Assembly: GCA_905214715.1 (NCBI GenBank)
Contig: CAJMMT010000003.1
Location: forward strand, 1,804 to 65,803
Direction: 5' to 3'
From: an uncultured bacterium
GTDB taxonomy: Bacteria; Bacteroidota; Bacteroidia; Bacteroidales; Muribaculaceae
DNA: 64,000 bases
This document shows positions 20,855-30,668 of this stretch, in pieces. Each line of letters opens with the position of its first letter. The first letter of the stretch is position 1. The notes under the pieces were generated by a model that saw nothing but the letters and a program-made list of their open reading frames with translations, was not told the origin of the DNA and searched no databases. A program made the translations under genes and the position numbers.

Positions 20855-21703
20855 TTACAATACCGTCACTTTCAGAACCTTGATATCCTCTACCGGACGG
20901 TCGGAACCATCGGTAGCGGCGTTCTGGATTTTCTCGACAACATCCATTCCTTCAAGTACCTCGCCGAATACGGTGTACTGTCCGTCGAGGTGAGGAGTGC
21001 CGCCGATGGTGATGTAGTCTTCCTTAAGCTGTGCCGGAAGCGAGTCTACCTTCACGTCTGCCTCCGTACGGGCTATCAGGGTCTGACGCAGGACTTCGAG
21101 TTCATCTTTAAGACCTGCCTTGCGCAGAGAGTCTATTTCGGCATAATGCTCCTTGCATAATTTGCGGAAATAATCCTGACGGGCCTGATTGGCGCCACGG
21201 CTTTCGAGCATTTCGAGCTGACGCGCCGGAACCTTACGTCCCGTTACGATATAGAACTGCGAGCCGGAACTGCGTCGCTCGGGATTTACCTGATCGCCGG
21301 TGCGTGCGGCAGCAAGGGCACCATATTTATGATAATGTCTCGGATAAACTATCTCGGCGGGGATCGTATATCCCGGATCTCCGGCTCCGAGCATCGCGCC
21401 GGGTACGGCATCCTTGCTATCGGGATCTCCGGTCTGGACCATGAAATCTTTTATGACCCTATGAAAAAGGACACCATCGTAGAATCCCTCGCGAGCAAGT
21501 TTCAGGAAATTGTCGCGATGTTGCGGAGTGTCGTCATAAAGTTTCACCTTGATGTCCCCCATAGAGGTAGAGATGACAGCTACAGGACCGGCAGACGCCA
21601 CATCCTGATGAATGGGTGATTTTGTTTCCATAATATTGTCGCGTGCCCACGTCATGCCGGCGAGAAGCACAGCCAGCAACAGCGGGATATAGAGTTTCTT
21701 CAT
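20855..21703 (-). CDS. Cyclophilin-type peptidyl-prolyl isomerase (secreted)
   Basis: Signal peptide; FHRVIKDFMVQTGD, SGSQFYIV, HLDGQYTVFGEV. Confidence 0.93.
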   Translation of the reverse strand: MKKLYIPLLLAVLLAGMTWARDNIMETKSPIHQDVASAGPVAVISTSMGDIKVKLYDDTPQHRDNFLKLAREGFYDGVLFHRVIKDFMVQTGDPDSKDAVPGAMLGAGDPGYTIPAEIVYPRHYHKYGALAAARTGDQVNPERRSSGSQFYIVTGRKVPARQLEMLESRGANQARQDYFRKLCKEHYAEIDSLRKAGLKDELEVLRQTLIARTEADVKVDSLPAQLKEDYITIGGTPHLDGQYTVFGEVLEGMDVVEKIQNAATDGSDRPVEDIKVLKVTVL

Positions 21704-21716
21704 TTGGCGATTGTTC

Positions 21717-22091
21717 TCAGATTCCCTCTTTAGGGTAAACACGTTTGTAAATACGGCGGAAGTTTGAATCGCTTTCCTGCAGTTGCTCTACATGGTCCTG
21801 GTAATCGGCTCCCCAGATAGCCTCGAGCAACGACCAGATATATCTGCGCTCGCGGTCTTTGTCGATCGTAGCTTCAATAAGCGGAGCGAGCCACCCCTGG
21901 AAACGCTCGCGGTCTACAGCGGCAAGGAATCTTGCGGTAGAGGCACAAAACTGACCTGTGGAATCCACGCGTTTGAGGTTGTCTATCAAGACTGGCATAT
22001 GATCCAGACAATCATCCACATGATTTACCAGATATTCGTAGGTAGCCATGCCGTCTGAATCCAATTCAGGTTTTTTGAGTATATCTATCAT
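21717..22091 (-). CDS. Hypothetical protein
   Basis: Plausible 124-aa helical ORF co-oriented with the cyclophilin gene; no recognised motif. Confidence 0.7.
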   Translation of the reverse strand: MIDILKKPELDSDGMATYEYLVNHVDDCLDHMPVLIDNLKRVDSTGQFCASTARFLAAVDRERFQGWLAPLIEATIDKDRERRYIWSLLEAIWGADYQDHVEQLQESDSNFRRIYKRVYPKEGI

Positions 22092-22203
22092 AATGCAGAT
22101 TAGATATTTGACATACATGAGGTAGCTTTTATCCGACTTTCGGGAAGGTCATGACAGAGGGCCTCGCCTTATAAGCCGGAACAAGCATACCCGGTTGAAT
22201 TGA

Positions 22204-22251
22204 CAAAATTAGAAAAAAATTTCATTCAATGAAGAGAATAAATTAAATTTG
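22204..22251. promoter_or_regulatory. Back-to-back divergent -7 elements
   Basis: TAATTTTG on minus (22204-22211) and TAAATTTG on plus (22244-22251). Confidence 0.6.
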
Positions 22252-22259
22252 TGCCCGAT

Positions 22260-22940
22260 ATGGAAAACAGAAGCAACGACATACCGGCTAATGTGCCACG
22301 GAACAGCTGTGGCAGCAATGCCGTTATCGTCATCGGTCGCCAGACAGGAAGCGGTGGACGGCAAGTAGGAAAAGCCGTGGCAAAAAAACTCGGCATCAGC
22401 TATTATGACCGTGAACTTCTGAAAGAATGCGCCGAAAGAATGGGATACGCGCCATCCATATTCGAGATGGCCGACGAACGCCGCCCATCGATGTTCCGGT
22501 CGCTGCTGGCGGCCAACATCGGACTCAACGACTCGTCGCCCATGACAATGGAGCAGATATATTCGGTGCAATCGGATGTTATACGCCAGATTGCCGACAG
22601 AGAGCCGGCCGTGTTCGTGGGACGGACAGCCGATTATATCCTACGCGACAAACCCGGGCTCTTCAGCGTGTTTCTGCATGCCCCAGAAGAGTGGCGCGCA
22701 CGCAATATGATACGCCGGCTCGACTCTACATCGGTATCGGAGGCTGTGTCGACTCTCAGAAAGATGGATTCCCGACGTCAGGATTACTATAATTATTTCA
22801 CACCCGGCGGATGGGGAAAGGCCGACAACTATGACGTATGTATCGACTCGTCGAGGTTCGACCCCGATACATTATCCGAGATAATCGTAAGGCTCGCGAC
22901 CAAAGCCAACGACAATGGCCCGACACCGGACGACAAATAA
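22260..22940 (+). CDS. Cytidylate kinase-like family protein
   Basis: IGRQTGSGGRQVG, YYDRELL, VFVGRTADYIL, YDVCIDSS. Confidence 0.85.
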   Translation: MENRSNDIPANVPRNSCGSNAVIVIGRQTGSGGRQVGKAVAKKLGISYYDRELLKECAERMGYAPSIFEMADERRPSMFRSLLAANIGLNDSSPMTMEQIYSVQSDVIRQIADREPAVFVGRTADYILRDKPGLFSVFLHAPEEWRARNMIRRLDSTSVSEAVSTLRKMDSRRQDYYNYFTPGGWGKADNYDVCIDSSRFDPDTLSEIIVRLATKANDNGPTPDDK

Positions 22941-23049
22941 CGAAGTTCCCGTTCATGCCTCACTATAAGGCGCCAAAGATTTTTAAACTTTATATAAACA
23001 ATTTTACCCCATTTCCCTTTTTATAGGAAACAGACAAACCGTAAGCGTT

Positions 23050-23733
23050 ATGAAAAACACTCAGTATCTGGTATCCTATATTTTCACCTTGATAATAGGT
23101 GTGCTGTTGTTGGTCTACAGCCGGCAGACCAATATATTCGAGATAATAGTGGTGGTCATAGGCATATGCTTCATCATTCCGAGTCTCGTAGGGCTTTACA
23201 TGGGGTTCGCCGGCAAAAAACAGACCGACGGTTCGCGCAAGAGCCGTCCCTGGTATATCGGTACTTCGGCCATAGCCGGGCTGGTAGGGGGCGTGCTTCT
23301 CGTCGCCATGCCGGGATTTTTCGTGCATTACCTTATCTATACTTTCGGTGTGATTCTGGTAGTGGCGGGAATAATACAGATTCTGTTTCTCTCGGCCGAA
23401 GGTAGAGATATAGGGGGGATGCCCACCGCATGGTTCATTATGCCGTGGATTATTGTCGCCACCGGTATCGCCATTATAATAATCGGTCCTGAAAAACTTG
23501 CCGATGCGGCCACAATCGTAACGGGAATCGCTCTCACACTATATTCCATCAACGGGCTTCTGAGCGCGTCGGCCCATAAGCTTACTACCCGTCGTATGGC
23601 ACGTTCCGTCGCCAAGGCAGCCGGAGTAGAGAAAACCGAAGTACGTGAAAAGACTGGGAGAGAAGCAGATTCCACCGACGCGACAGCAGAGGTAACAAAA
23701 GAAAAAGAAGACTCTCCGGAGGGAGAGCCATAG
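23050..23733 (+). CDS. DUF308/HdeD-like membrane protein
   Basis: Six hydrophobic segments in repeated hairpin units and a charged tail. Confidence 0.65.
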   Translation: MKNTQYLVSYIFTLIIGVLLLVYSRQTNIFEIIVVVIGICFIIPSLVGLYMGFAGKKQTDGSRKSRPWYIGTSAIAGLVGGVLLVAMPGFFVHYLIYTFGVILVVAGIIQILFLSAEGRDIGGMPTAWFIMPWIIVATGIAIIIIGPEKLADAATIVTGIALTLYSINGLLSASAHKLTTRRMARSVAKAAGVEKTEVREKTGREADSTDATAEVTKEKEDSPEGEP

Positions 23734-23741
23734 ATGATATC

Positions 23742-24151
23742 AAGCAGAAGCGCGGTCTGTCGCTTCATGCCGGGCGCATGAAGAGGAAAGTCCGGGCAAC
23801 ATAGAGCAGCATACTTTCTAACGGAAAGCCGGCGGCGACGTCGGGGATAATGTGACAGAAAACAACCGCCCGCACCCATCAGATGAGGTCCGGGTAAGGG
23901 TGAAAAGGTGGGGTAAGAGCCCACCGGCTCACGTGGCGACACGCGAGGCCGCACATCCTATGTGTTGCAAGGCCAAATATACCGGCAGCGAAGGGTGGCT
24001 CGCCCATTGCCGGGGGGTAGGCTGCTTAAGCCTCGGTGGCAACACCGGGCTTAGATAAATGACAGGCGGCTTTCAGGCGGCACCCTGCATTACAATTCAA
24101 GGGCACCTCCTTTCAGGAAGCTACATAACCCGGCTTACAACGCTTCTGCTT
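23742..24151 (+). ncRNA. rnpB: RNase P RNA (bacterial type A)
   Basis: GAGGAAAGTCCGGGC, ACAGAAAA, GGGTGAAAAGGTGGGGTAAGAGCCCACC, TAGATAAATGAC, AACCCGGCTTA; terminal P1 helix AAGCAGAAGCG/CGCTTCTGCTT. Confidence 0.96.
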
Positions 24152-24161
24152 TTGTTACTAC

Positions 24162-24196
24162 GCCGGGTGCAGATTATTCTGCCCCCGGCTTTTTTT
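24162..24196 (+). terminator. Intrinsic terminator after rnpB
   Basis: GCCGGG-TGCAGA/TCTGC-CCCCGGC stem followed by T7. Confidence 0.8.
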
Positions 24197-24208
24197 AATA
24201 TTCCCGCC

Positions 24209-25582
24209 ATGTCTAAGATAATAGAAAAAATAAAATATCTGATTTATTACTGCACCGAAGGTGTATGGGAAAGCGGCAAGGATACACTCGGGGTAAGGCT
24301 TGTGAAAACCGCCAACCTTGCCGTAAAATCATTCATGGACCGCGGATTGCAAATAAAGTCTATGTCTCTCACCTACTCTACGGTGCTGGCCATAGTCCCG
24401 GCTCTGGCATTGCTGCTGGCCATAGGACGAGGATTCGGATTACAAGATTTGCTGACATCGTCGATTTATTCATATTTCCCGTCGCAAACCAAAGCCATCG
24501 CCACAGCCATGAAGTTTGTAGACTCTTATCTTAAAGAGGCTTCCTCTGGTATCTTCGTAGGTGTGGGGCTCGTATTCCTGCTTTGGACAGTAATTTCCCT
24601 TCTCTCATATATCGAAGATGCCTTCAACAACATCTGGGATGTGAAACATGACCGCAACCTCTACCAGAAGATAACCGATTACATCGCCATATGCCTGATG
24701 ATTCCGATTCTTATAATCTGTTCGTCGGGTCTATCGATCTTCATGGCCACCACTATAGAAGAGCAACTGAAGATTCCGTTCCTGACACCATTGCTTAACA
24801 AACTGCTCGAGCTCTCGCCATTTATCCTGGTATGGATCGCATTCTCGCTTTCCTTCTGGCTGATACCCAATACCAAGGTATCCATAAAGTATGCCATGAT
24901 TACGGGAGCTATCTGCGCCGTGGCCTTCCAGATTCTTCAGATGCTCTTTTTCTCAGGTCAGCTGTATGTATCGAAATACAACGCCATCTACGGATCGTTC
25001 GCTTTTCTTCCGCTGCTGCTTATCTGGCTCCAGCTCTCGTGGCTGATTCTGCTGTCGGGATGCGTGCTGACCTATTCGCTGCAAAATATATTCACCTTTG
25101 ACTTTCTTGGCGACTATTCAACCATATCGGCCGATTACCTGCACAAGATGGAGGTTATAGTCATGGCCGTGGTGGCGCAGGATTTCAATGAGAAACGGCG
25201 CCCGAAAACCATTGTCGAGATTTCCACATCCTACGACATCCCGATAAGAATAGCCAACAAGATAAACGAACATCTCAGCAAAGCCGGAATGGTGTATCAG
25301 GTAGACCTGTCGGAATACCCGGGATGCTCGAAAGGGGACCTTGGACTTACACCGGCTGTAGACATAAACACACTATCGGTTTCTGAATTCCTGAAAAAGA
25401 TAGATGCCGAAGGTAACAGCAATTTCATACCGCGCTTCTCCAAGATATATGGCGACACACTCATACAACTCGATAAGGTGCTTGACAACGCATATCCGTC
25501 GGGAAACGATATTCTCATAAAAGATATATCTCTCCCGGCTCCTGACAACGGAGACAAAAAACAGCAGAAGCTACAGAAGTAA
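24209..25582 (+). CDS. YihY/virulence factor BrkB family membrane protein
   Basis: SLTYSTVLAIVP, IEDAFNNIW, IPNTKV, YNAIYGSFAFLPL; start moved downstream of the rnpB terminator. Confidence 0.9.
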   Translation: MSKIIEKIKYLIYYCTEGVWESGKDTLGVRLVKTANLAVKSFMDRGLQIKSMSLTYSTVLAIVPALALLLAIGRGFGLQDLLTSSIYSYFPSQTKAIATAMKFVDSYLKEASSGIFVGVGLVFLLWTVISLLSYIEDAFNNIWDVKHDRNLYQKITDYIAICLMIPILIICSSGLSIFMATTIEEQLKIPFLTPLLNKLLELSPFILVWIAFSLSFWLIPNTKVSIKYAMITGAICAVAFQILQMLFFSGQLYVSKYNAIYGSFAFLPLLLIWLQLSWLILLSGCVLTYSLQNIFTFDFLGDYSTISADYLHKMEVIVMAVVAQDFNEKRRPKTIVEISTSYDIPIRIANKINEHLSKAGMVYQVDLSEYPGCSKGDLGLTPAVDINTLSVSEFLKKIDAEGNSNFIPRFSKIYGDTLIQLDKVLDNAYPSGNDILIKDISLPAPDNGDKKQQKLQK

Positions 25583-25615
25583 AAGAAGCGACAGAAGCAT
25601 CAGATGTAACGATGG

Positions 25616-25637
25616 TTTTATGCTTTGCAACATAATT
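25616..25637. promoter_or_regulatory. Candidate Cur (BT4338/CRP-like) binding palindrome
   Basis: TTT-TATGCT-TTGC-AACATA-ATT compared with the recalled consensus wwwTATGTTnTAnAACATAwww. Confidence 0.5.
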
Positions 25638-25724
25638 TACATTGTTCCTGAAAGAGTTGCAATTTTATTTTTCCATAACTAAAAAATAAGTTGTCGTCTG
25701 CTTGTTTCCAATTGCAAATTATTA

Positions 25725-25732
25725 TATCTTTG
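25725..25732 (+). promoter_or_regulatory. -7 promoter element of the glycogen cluster
   Basis: TATCTTTG, with CTTG 20 nt upstream as a -33 variant. Confidence 0.65.
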
Positions 25733-25892
25733 CTAATAGCGATTACAGCAAACGGCCCTGAGTATACCGCATAAGCGATTCAGGGACGCTCAGCTACACA
25801 GGGGAATCAGATCAAACCTTGACACTGCACAAAGCGGCAGGAAGTGGAAAACCGACATATATAACCAAAAGGGAATTTTCTATAAATCTAAT

Positions 25893-27860
25893 ATGAGTTA
25901 TTTAAAGTTTGACAAAAGCCTTATGATAAATCTGGAGCAAAGCCTCGCCAAAGAGATGCTTCGCACCAATAAATCAGGGGCTTATCATTGTACCACAATC
26001 GTAGGATGCAACACCCGTAAACAACACGGGTTGCTTGTAATACCTATACCGGAGCTCGATCCCGACAAGGCATTCGTGCTGCTCTCTTCGTTAGACGAGA
26101 CGGTAATTCAGCACGGAGCGCCTTTCAATCTCGGACTCCATGAATATGCCAACGGGGTTTTCTCGCCCAACGGCCACAAATACATAAGGGAGTTCAACTG
26201 CGAATCAGTGCCCACCATGACCTACCGCGTAGGCGGCGTGGTTCTCACCAAAGAGAAAATGTTTATCTCTCATGAGAACCGCATCATGATCAAGTACACG
26301 CTGGTAGACGCGCATTCAGAAACGAAACTTCAGTTCCGTCCGTTTCTGGCATTCCGCGACGCAAACAGCCTCACAGGCAAGAACTCGCAGATCAACACCG
26401 CAACACGCGATGTGGAAAACGGAATAGCCACCTGCCTTTACGAAGGGTATCCTGAGCTGTTCATGCAGTTCAACAAGAAGCCGGAATGGAAAACCGACGG
26501 CCATTGGTACGACGGCATAGAGTATTACAAAGACCGCGACCGAGGCGTACCATATCGCGAAGACCTCTGGGTGCCCGGATATTTCGAGATTCCAATCAAA
26601 AAGGGAGAGTCCATTATTTTCTCGGCCTCTACCTTCGAAACCGACCCCTCGGAATACGAGAAAACTTACGAAAAGGAGCTTGAGACACGTACGTGCCGCA
26701 CATCATTCTACAACTGCCTCAAGAACTCCGCCAAGCAATTTTACCTTAAGAACGACCGAGGCATGTATGTCATGGCCGGTTATCCCTGGTACAACGTGCG
26801 CGCCCGCGATGAATTGATAGGTCTGCCCGGATGCACGCTGGCCATAGACCATAAGGATGATTTCATCGAGATAATGTCTACTTTTATCCAGGCTCTGGAC
26901 CGTTTCATGTCTACCGGAGAAAAAGACCCGGTGATACATGAGATAGATCTTCCAGACATACCGCTTTGGACAATATGGGCCATACAGCAGTTCGCCCGCC
27001 GTACCAGTCGCGGAGAATGTGCCGATCGTTATCTCGAGACCGTACGCAGAATCGTAAACGCCGTTATCGAAGGCAAAGCAGACAATCTTACGCTCGACGA
27101 CAACGGTCTCGTATCGAGCAATGGTACCGAAAAGCCTGTAACCTGGCTGTCAGCTGCTCTGGGAGGTCGCCCCATAATACCGCGTACAGGCTACATAGTG
27201 GAATTCAACGCCCTTTGGTACAATGCCCTGCGTTTCCTTATATCTCTCATAGAGGAACGGGAGGAGGAGAAAGAACTGCGAGACAGTCTTAATGCTATCG
27301 CCGACAAATGCAAAGCCTCTTTCATAGATACATTCCTTAACGATTACGGCTACCTTTATGATTATGTAAACGGCACTTATACCGATGTCGAGGTTCGGCC
27401 GAACATGGTGATCGCAATAGGTCTGGAATATTCTCCGCTCGACAGACGCCAGAAACGCAAGGTACTTGACCTCGCTACCCGCGAATTACTTACCCCGAAG
27501 GGGCTGCGTTCGCTGTCGCCTAAGAGTTACGCCTATCATCCTACATATGTAGGCGGACCGTTCGAGCGCGAGATGGCCGTTCATCAGGGACCGGCGCGCC
27601 CCTGGCTTTTCGGTTTCTATGCAGATGCCTACATACAGGTGTTCGGACTCTCGGGCCTCGGTTTCATAGAACGCATGCTGATAGGCTATGAAGACGAGAT
27701 GACGGAAGGATGCATAGGATCGCTTTCCGAGATGTATGACGGCAATCCCCCCTACACAGGACGCGGAGCGGTGTCTACCGCCAAGAATGTGGGCGAGATA
27801 TTGCGTACAATCCGCAACGTAAAAGAACTTAACAAACTACAGTCAGACCTCGACAAATAA
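25893..27860 (+). CDS. Glycogen debranching enzyme (amylo-alpha-1,6-glucosidase, GH133-like)
   Basis: GCNTRKQHGLL N-domain, AGYPWY, VEFNALWYNAL, RPN, GLRSLSP, SEMYDG. Confidence 0.9.
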   Translation: MSYLKFDKSLMINLEQSLAKEMLRTNKSGAYHCTTIVGCNTRKQHGLLVIPIPELDPDKAFVLLSSLDETVIQHGAPFNLGLHEYANGVFSPNGHKYIREFNCESVPTMTYRVGGVVLTKEKMFISHENRIMIKYTLVDAHSETKLQFRPFLAFRDANSLTGKNSQINTATRDVENGIATCLYEGYPELFMQFNKKPEWKTDGHWYDGIEYYKDRDRGVPYREDLWVPGYFEIPIKKGESIIFSASTFETDPSEYEKTYEKELETRTCRTSFYNCLKNSAKQFYLKNDRGMYVMAGYPWYNVRARDELIGLPGCTLAIDHKDDFIEIMSTFIQALDRFMSTGEKDPVIHEIDLPDIPLWTIWAIQQFARRTSRGECADRYLETVRRIVNAVIEGKADNLTLDDNGLVSSNGTEKPVTWLSAALGGRPIIPRTGYIVEFNALWYNALRFLISLIEEREEEKELRDSLNAIADKCKASFIDTFLNDYGYLYDYVNGTYTDVEVRPNMVIAIGLEYSPLDRRQKRKVLDLATRELLTPKGLRSLSPKSYAYHPTYVGGPFEREMAVHQGPARPWLFGFYADAYIQVFGLSGLGFIERMLIGYEDEMTEGCIGSLSEMYDGNPPYTGRGAVSTAKNVGEILRTIRNVKELNKLQSDLDK

Positions 27861-27862
27861 CT

Positions 27863-29125
27863 ATGAAGGCACTAATGTTCGGGTGGGAATTCCCCCCTCA
27901 TATCCTCGGAGGTCTTGGAACTGCCTCCTATGGCCTTACCAAAGGCATGCACGCCAACGGCGACATGGACATAACTTTCGTCATACCCAAACCATGGGGT
28001 GACGAGGAGAAAGGATTCGCCCAGATCATAGGCGCATGCAACACTCCTGTGGCATGGCGCGATGTCAGCTGGGACTACGTTGAGAACCGCTTGGGCAAAT
28101 ATATGGATCCGCAGCTCTATTTCGACCTGCGCAACAATATATATGCGGACTTCAATTACATGCGCCTCAACGACCTCGGATGCATCGAGTTCTCGGGACG
28201 ATATCCCGACAACATACTTGAAGAGATAAACAATTACTCGATTGTGGCCGGAGTGATAGCCAGGACCATACCCTGCGATGTGATACATTCCCACGACTGG
28301 CTAACCTACCCTGCCGGCATACACGCCAAGAACGTTACCGGCAAACCGCTGGTGATCCATGTTCACGCTACAGACTTCGACCGTTCGCGCGGCAACGTCA
28401 ATCCTACCGTCTTCGCTATCGAGAAAGATGGCATGGAAAACGCCGACCATATAATCACCGTGTCTAACCTGACACGCCGCACGGTAATAGAGAAGTATGG
28501 CATAAGCCCCGACAAGGTAACCACGGTACACAATGCCGTCATTCCTCTGTCGGACGAACTGCTCAATCTGCCGCGCCGTACCGGTCGTGAAAAGGTGGTT
28601 ACATTCCTTGGGCGTATCACCATGCAGAAAGGCCCCGAATATTTCGTGGAGGCCGCCGCAAAGGTGCTCAAGAAAGACAATAACGTTCGTTTCGTAATGG
28701 CCGGCTCCGGCGACATGATGAACGACATGATACGTCTCGCCGCCAAACGCGGAATAGCCGACAAATTTCACTTCACCGGCTTCCTGAAAGGGAAAGAGGT
28801 TTACGAGATGCTCCGCGATTCCGATGTTTACATCATGCCGTCGGTATCAGAGCCTTTCGGCATCTCGCCTCTGGAGGCGATGGAGATGGGCGTGCCCAGC
28901 ATAATCTCGAAACAGAGCGGCTGCGCCGAAATTCTCGACAATGTGATAAAGACCGACTACTGGGACATAGATGCCATGGCCGACGCCATACACAGCATCA
29001 TCTCCTATCCGGCCATGTACAATACACTTCGCGACAAGGGTATCGAGGAGATTCACGGCATTACATGGGAGAAGGCCGGCAAAAAAGTCATTGACATCTA
29101 CAATCAAGTAATCAACAAAAAATAA
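27863..29125 (+). CDS. GT4-family glycosyltransferase (alpha-glucan synthase-like)
   Basis: GWEFPPHILGGLGTA, HSHDWLT, GRITMQKG, SEPFGISPLEA. Confidence 0.9.
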   Translation: MKALMFGWEFPPHILGGLGTASYGLTKGMHANGDMDITFVIPKPWGDEEKGFAQIIGACNTPVAWRDVSWDYVENRLGKYMDPQLYFDLRNNIYADFNYMRLNDLGCIEFSGRYPDNILEEINNYSIVAGVIARTIPCDVIHSHDWLTYPAGIHAKNVTGKPLVIHVHATDFDRSRGNVNPTVFAIEKDGMENADHIITVSNLTRRTVIEKYGISPDKVTTVHNAVIPLSDELLNLPRRTGREKVVTFLGRITMQKGPEYFVEAAAKVLKKDNNVRFVMAGSGDMMNDMIRLAAKRGIADKFHFTGFLKGKEVYEMLRDSDVYIMPSVSEPFGISPLEAMEMGVPSIISKQSGCAEILDNVIKTDYWDIDAMADAIHSIISYPAMYNTLRDKGIEEIHGITWEKAGKKVIDIYNQVINKK

Positions 29126-29127
29126 AT

Positions 29128-30576
29128 ATGAAATCCGTTTGCTTATATTTCAAAATACATCAGCCGTTCCGTCTTAAAAGATATCGTTTCTTCGATATCG
29201 GCAATGACCATTACTATTATGATGACTTCTCCAACGACGAAATCATCTCTCAGGTATCTCAGACGAGCTATATACCTATGGCCAGAACCCTTCTGGATAT
29301 GATCCGCACCTACGGAAAGGATTTCAAATGTTCAATCTCCATCTCGGGTACGGCTATCGAGCAACTGCAGCAGTATGTTCCGGAGTTCATAGACTTACTT
29401 AAGGAACTGGCCGATACAGGCAACGTGGAGTTCATGTCGGGTACATACAGCCATTCGCTGGCCGGACTGGAGGACCCCGAGGAGTTCATGCGCGATGTGA
29501 AGGATCACGACAGGCTGTTGCATCAACTTTTCGGTGTGAAGCCCAAGACTTTCGAGAACACAGAGCTGATATACGACGATGATATCGCGACTCTGATTCA
29601 GGCCATGGGTTTCAAGGCATGCCTTACCGAGGGTGCGAAACACATACTGGGATGGAAGTCGCCTGATTATATCTACAGTGCCGCCACCGCTCCGGACCTG
29701 AAGCTGCTGCTCTCCAACAACAAGTTCGCTAAAGATATCTCCCGCAATTTCGCTAACACGGAATGGAGCGAATATCCTCTTACCGCCGACAAGTATATGG
29801 ACTGGATCGCAGCTTTGCCCGAAGAGGAACAGGTACTAAACATAAACCTGTCGATGGATACCTTCGGAGGTTTCCTGCCCGCTACCACCGGTATATTCGA
29901 ATTCCTCAAAGCTTTGCCCCGTTTCGCCAAGGAACATGGCATAAGCTTCGCTCTTCCTTCCGAGATCGTAAAGAAGATGAAAGCCGTAAGCGAGCTTTCT
30001 ATACCCTATCCTATCTCCGGTGTCGACGAGGCTCGCGATGTTTCGGCATGGAGAGGAAACGATCTGCAGCGTGAGGCCCTCGATAAACTTTATTCAGTCG
30101 CCGAGCGTGTGAACCTTACCTCAGATCGCCGTCTGAAACAGGACTGGAAGTATCTGCAGAGTGCCGACCATTTCTTCTATATGTCTACAAAGAATCTTGG
30201 AGACGGAGCTTCTCACGCGGCATTCTCTCCCTACGATTCCCCTTTCAGCGCCTTTACCAACTATATGAATGTACTGGCCGACTTCGAGGTTCGTGTCCGC
30301 GAACAGTTCCCCGAAGAAATAGGCAACGAAGAGCTAAACTCGCTTTTGCTTACAATAAGCAATCAGGCTCAGGAGATAGAATCGCTCAATAAGGAAGTGA
30401 AAAATCTGCGTACCAATATTCTTAACGCCGACGATTCAGTGCATGCCCCCATGCTTCCGGAAGAAGATGAGAAGTCTGCGAAAAAAGCCTCTGCAAAAAA
30501 GGGATCTGTAAAGAAACCAGCAGCGAAAAAGCCGGCGGCAAAGAAGAGCGCTACAGGAAAGAAAGCCGAGAAATAA
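29128..30576 (+). CDS. GH57-family alpha-amylase/branching-type enzyme
   Basis: HQPFRL, NTELIY, LQSADHFFYMSTK, FSPYDSP; Lys/Ala-rich tail. Confidence 0.88.
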   Translation: MKSVCLYFKIHQPFRLKRYRFFDIGNDHYYYDDFSNDEIISQVSQTSYIPMARTLLDMIRTYGKDFKCSISISGTAIEQLQQYVPEFIDLLKELADTGNVEFMSGTYSHSLAGLEDPEEFMRDVKDHDRLLHQLFGVKPKTFENTELIYDDDIATLIQAMGFKACLTEGAKHILGWKSPDYIYSAATAPDLKLLLSNNKFAKDISRNFANTEWSEYPLTADKYMDWIAALPEEEQVLNINLSMDTFGGFLPATTGIFEFLKALPRFAKEHGISFALPSEIVKKMKAVSELSIPYPISGVDEARDVSAWRGNDLQREALDKLYSVAERVNLTSDRRLKQDWKYLQSADHFFYMSTKNLGDGASHAAFSPYDSPFSAFTNYMNVLADFEVRVREQFPEEIGNEELNSLLLTISNQAQEIESLNKEVKNLRTNILNADDSVHAPMLPEEDEKSAKKASAKKGSVKKPAAKKPAAKKSATGKKAEK

Positions 30577-30609
30577 TTCCGGCAAACAACAGATAAAAGA
30601 CAATAACGC

Positions 30610-30642
30610 AAGTCGGCGGCCTCAAACAGAGACCGCCGACTT
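30610..30642. terminator. Hairpin between convergent genes
   Basis: AAGTCGGCGG...CCGCCGACTT. Confidence 0.7.
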
Positions 30643-30668
30643 AATTATAAGACAATACTTATCACTTA

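Noticed and set aside
23337..24058. ORFs 23337-23954 (-) and 23852-24058 (+), and the 24059 start of the YihY ORF
   Set aside because: They overlap the RNase P RNA gene and its terminator
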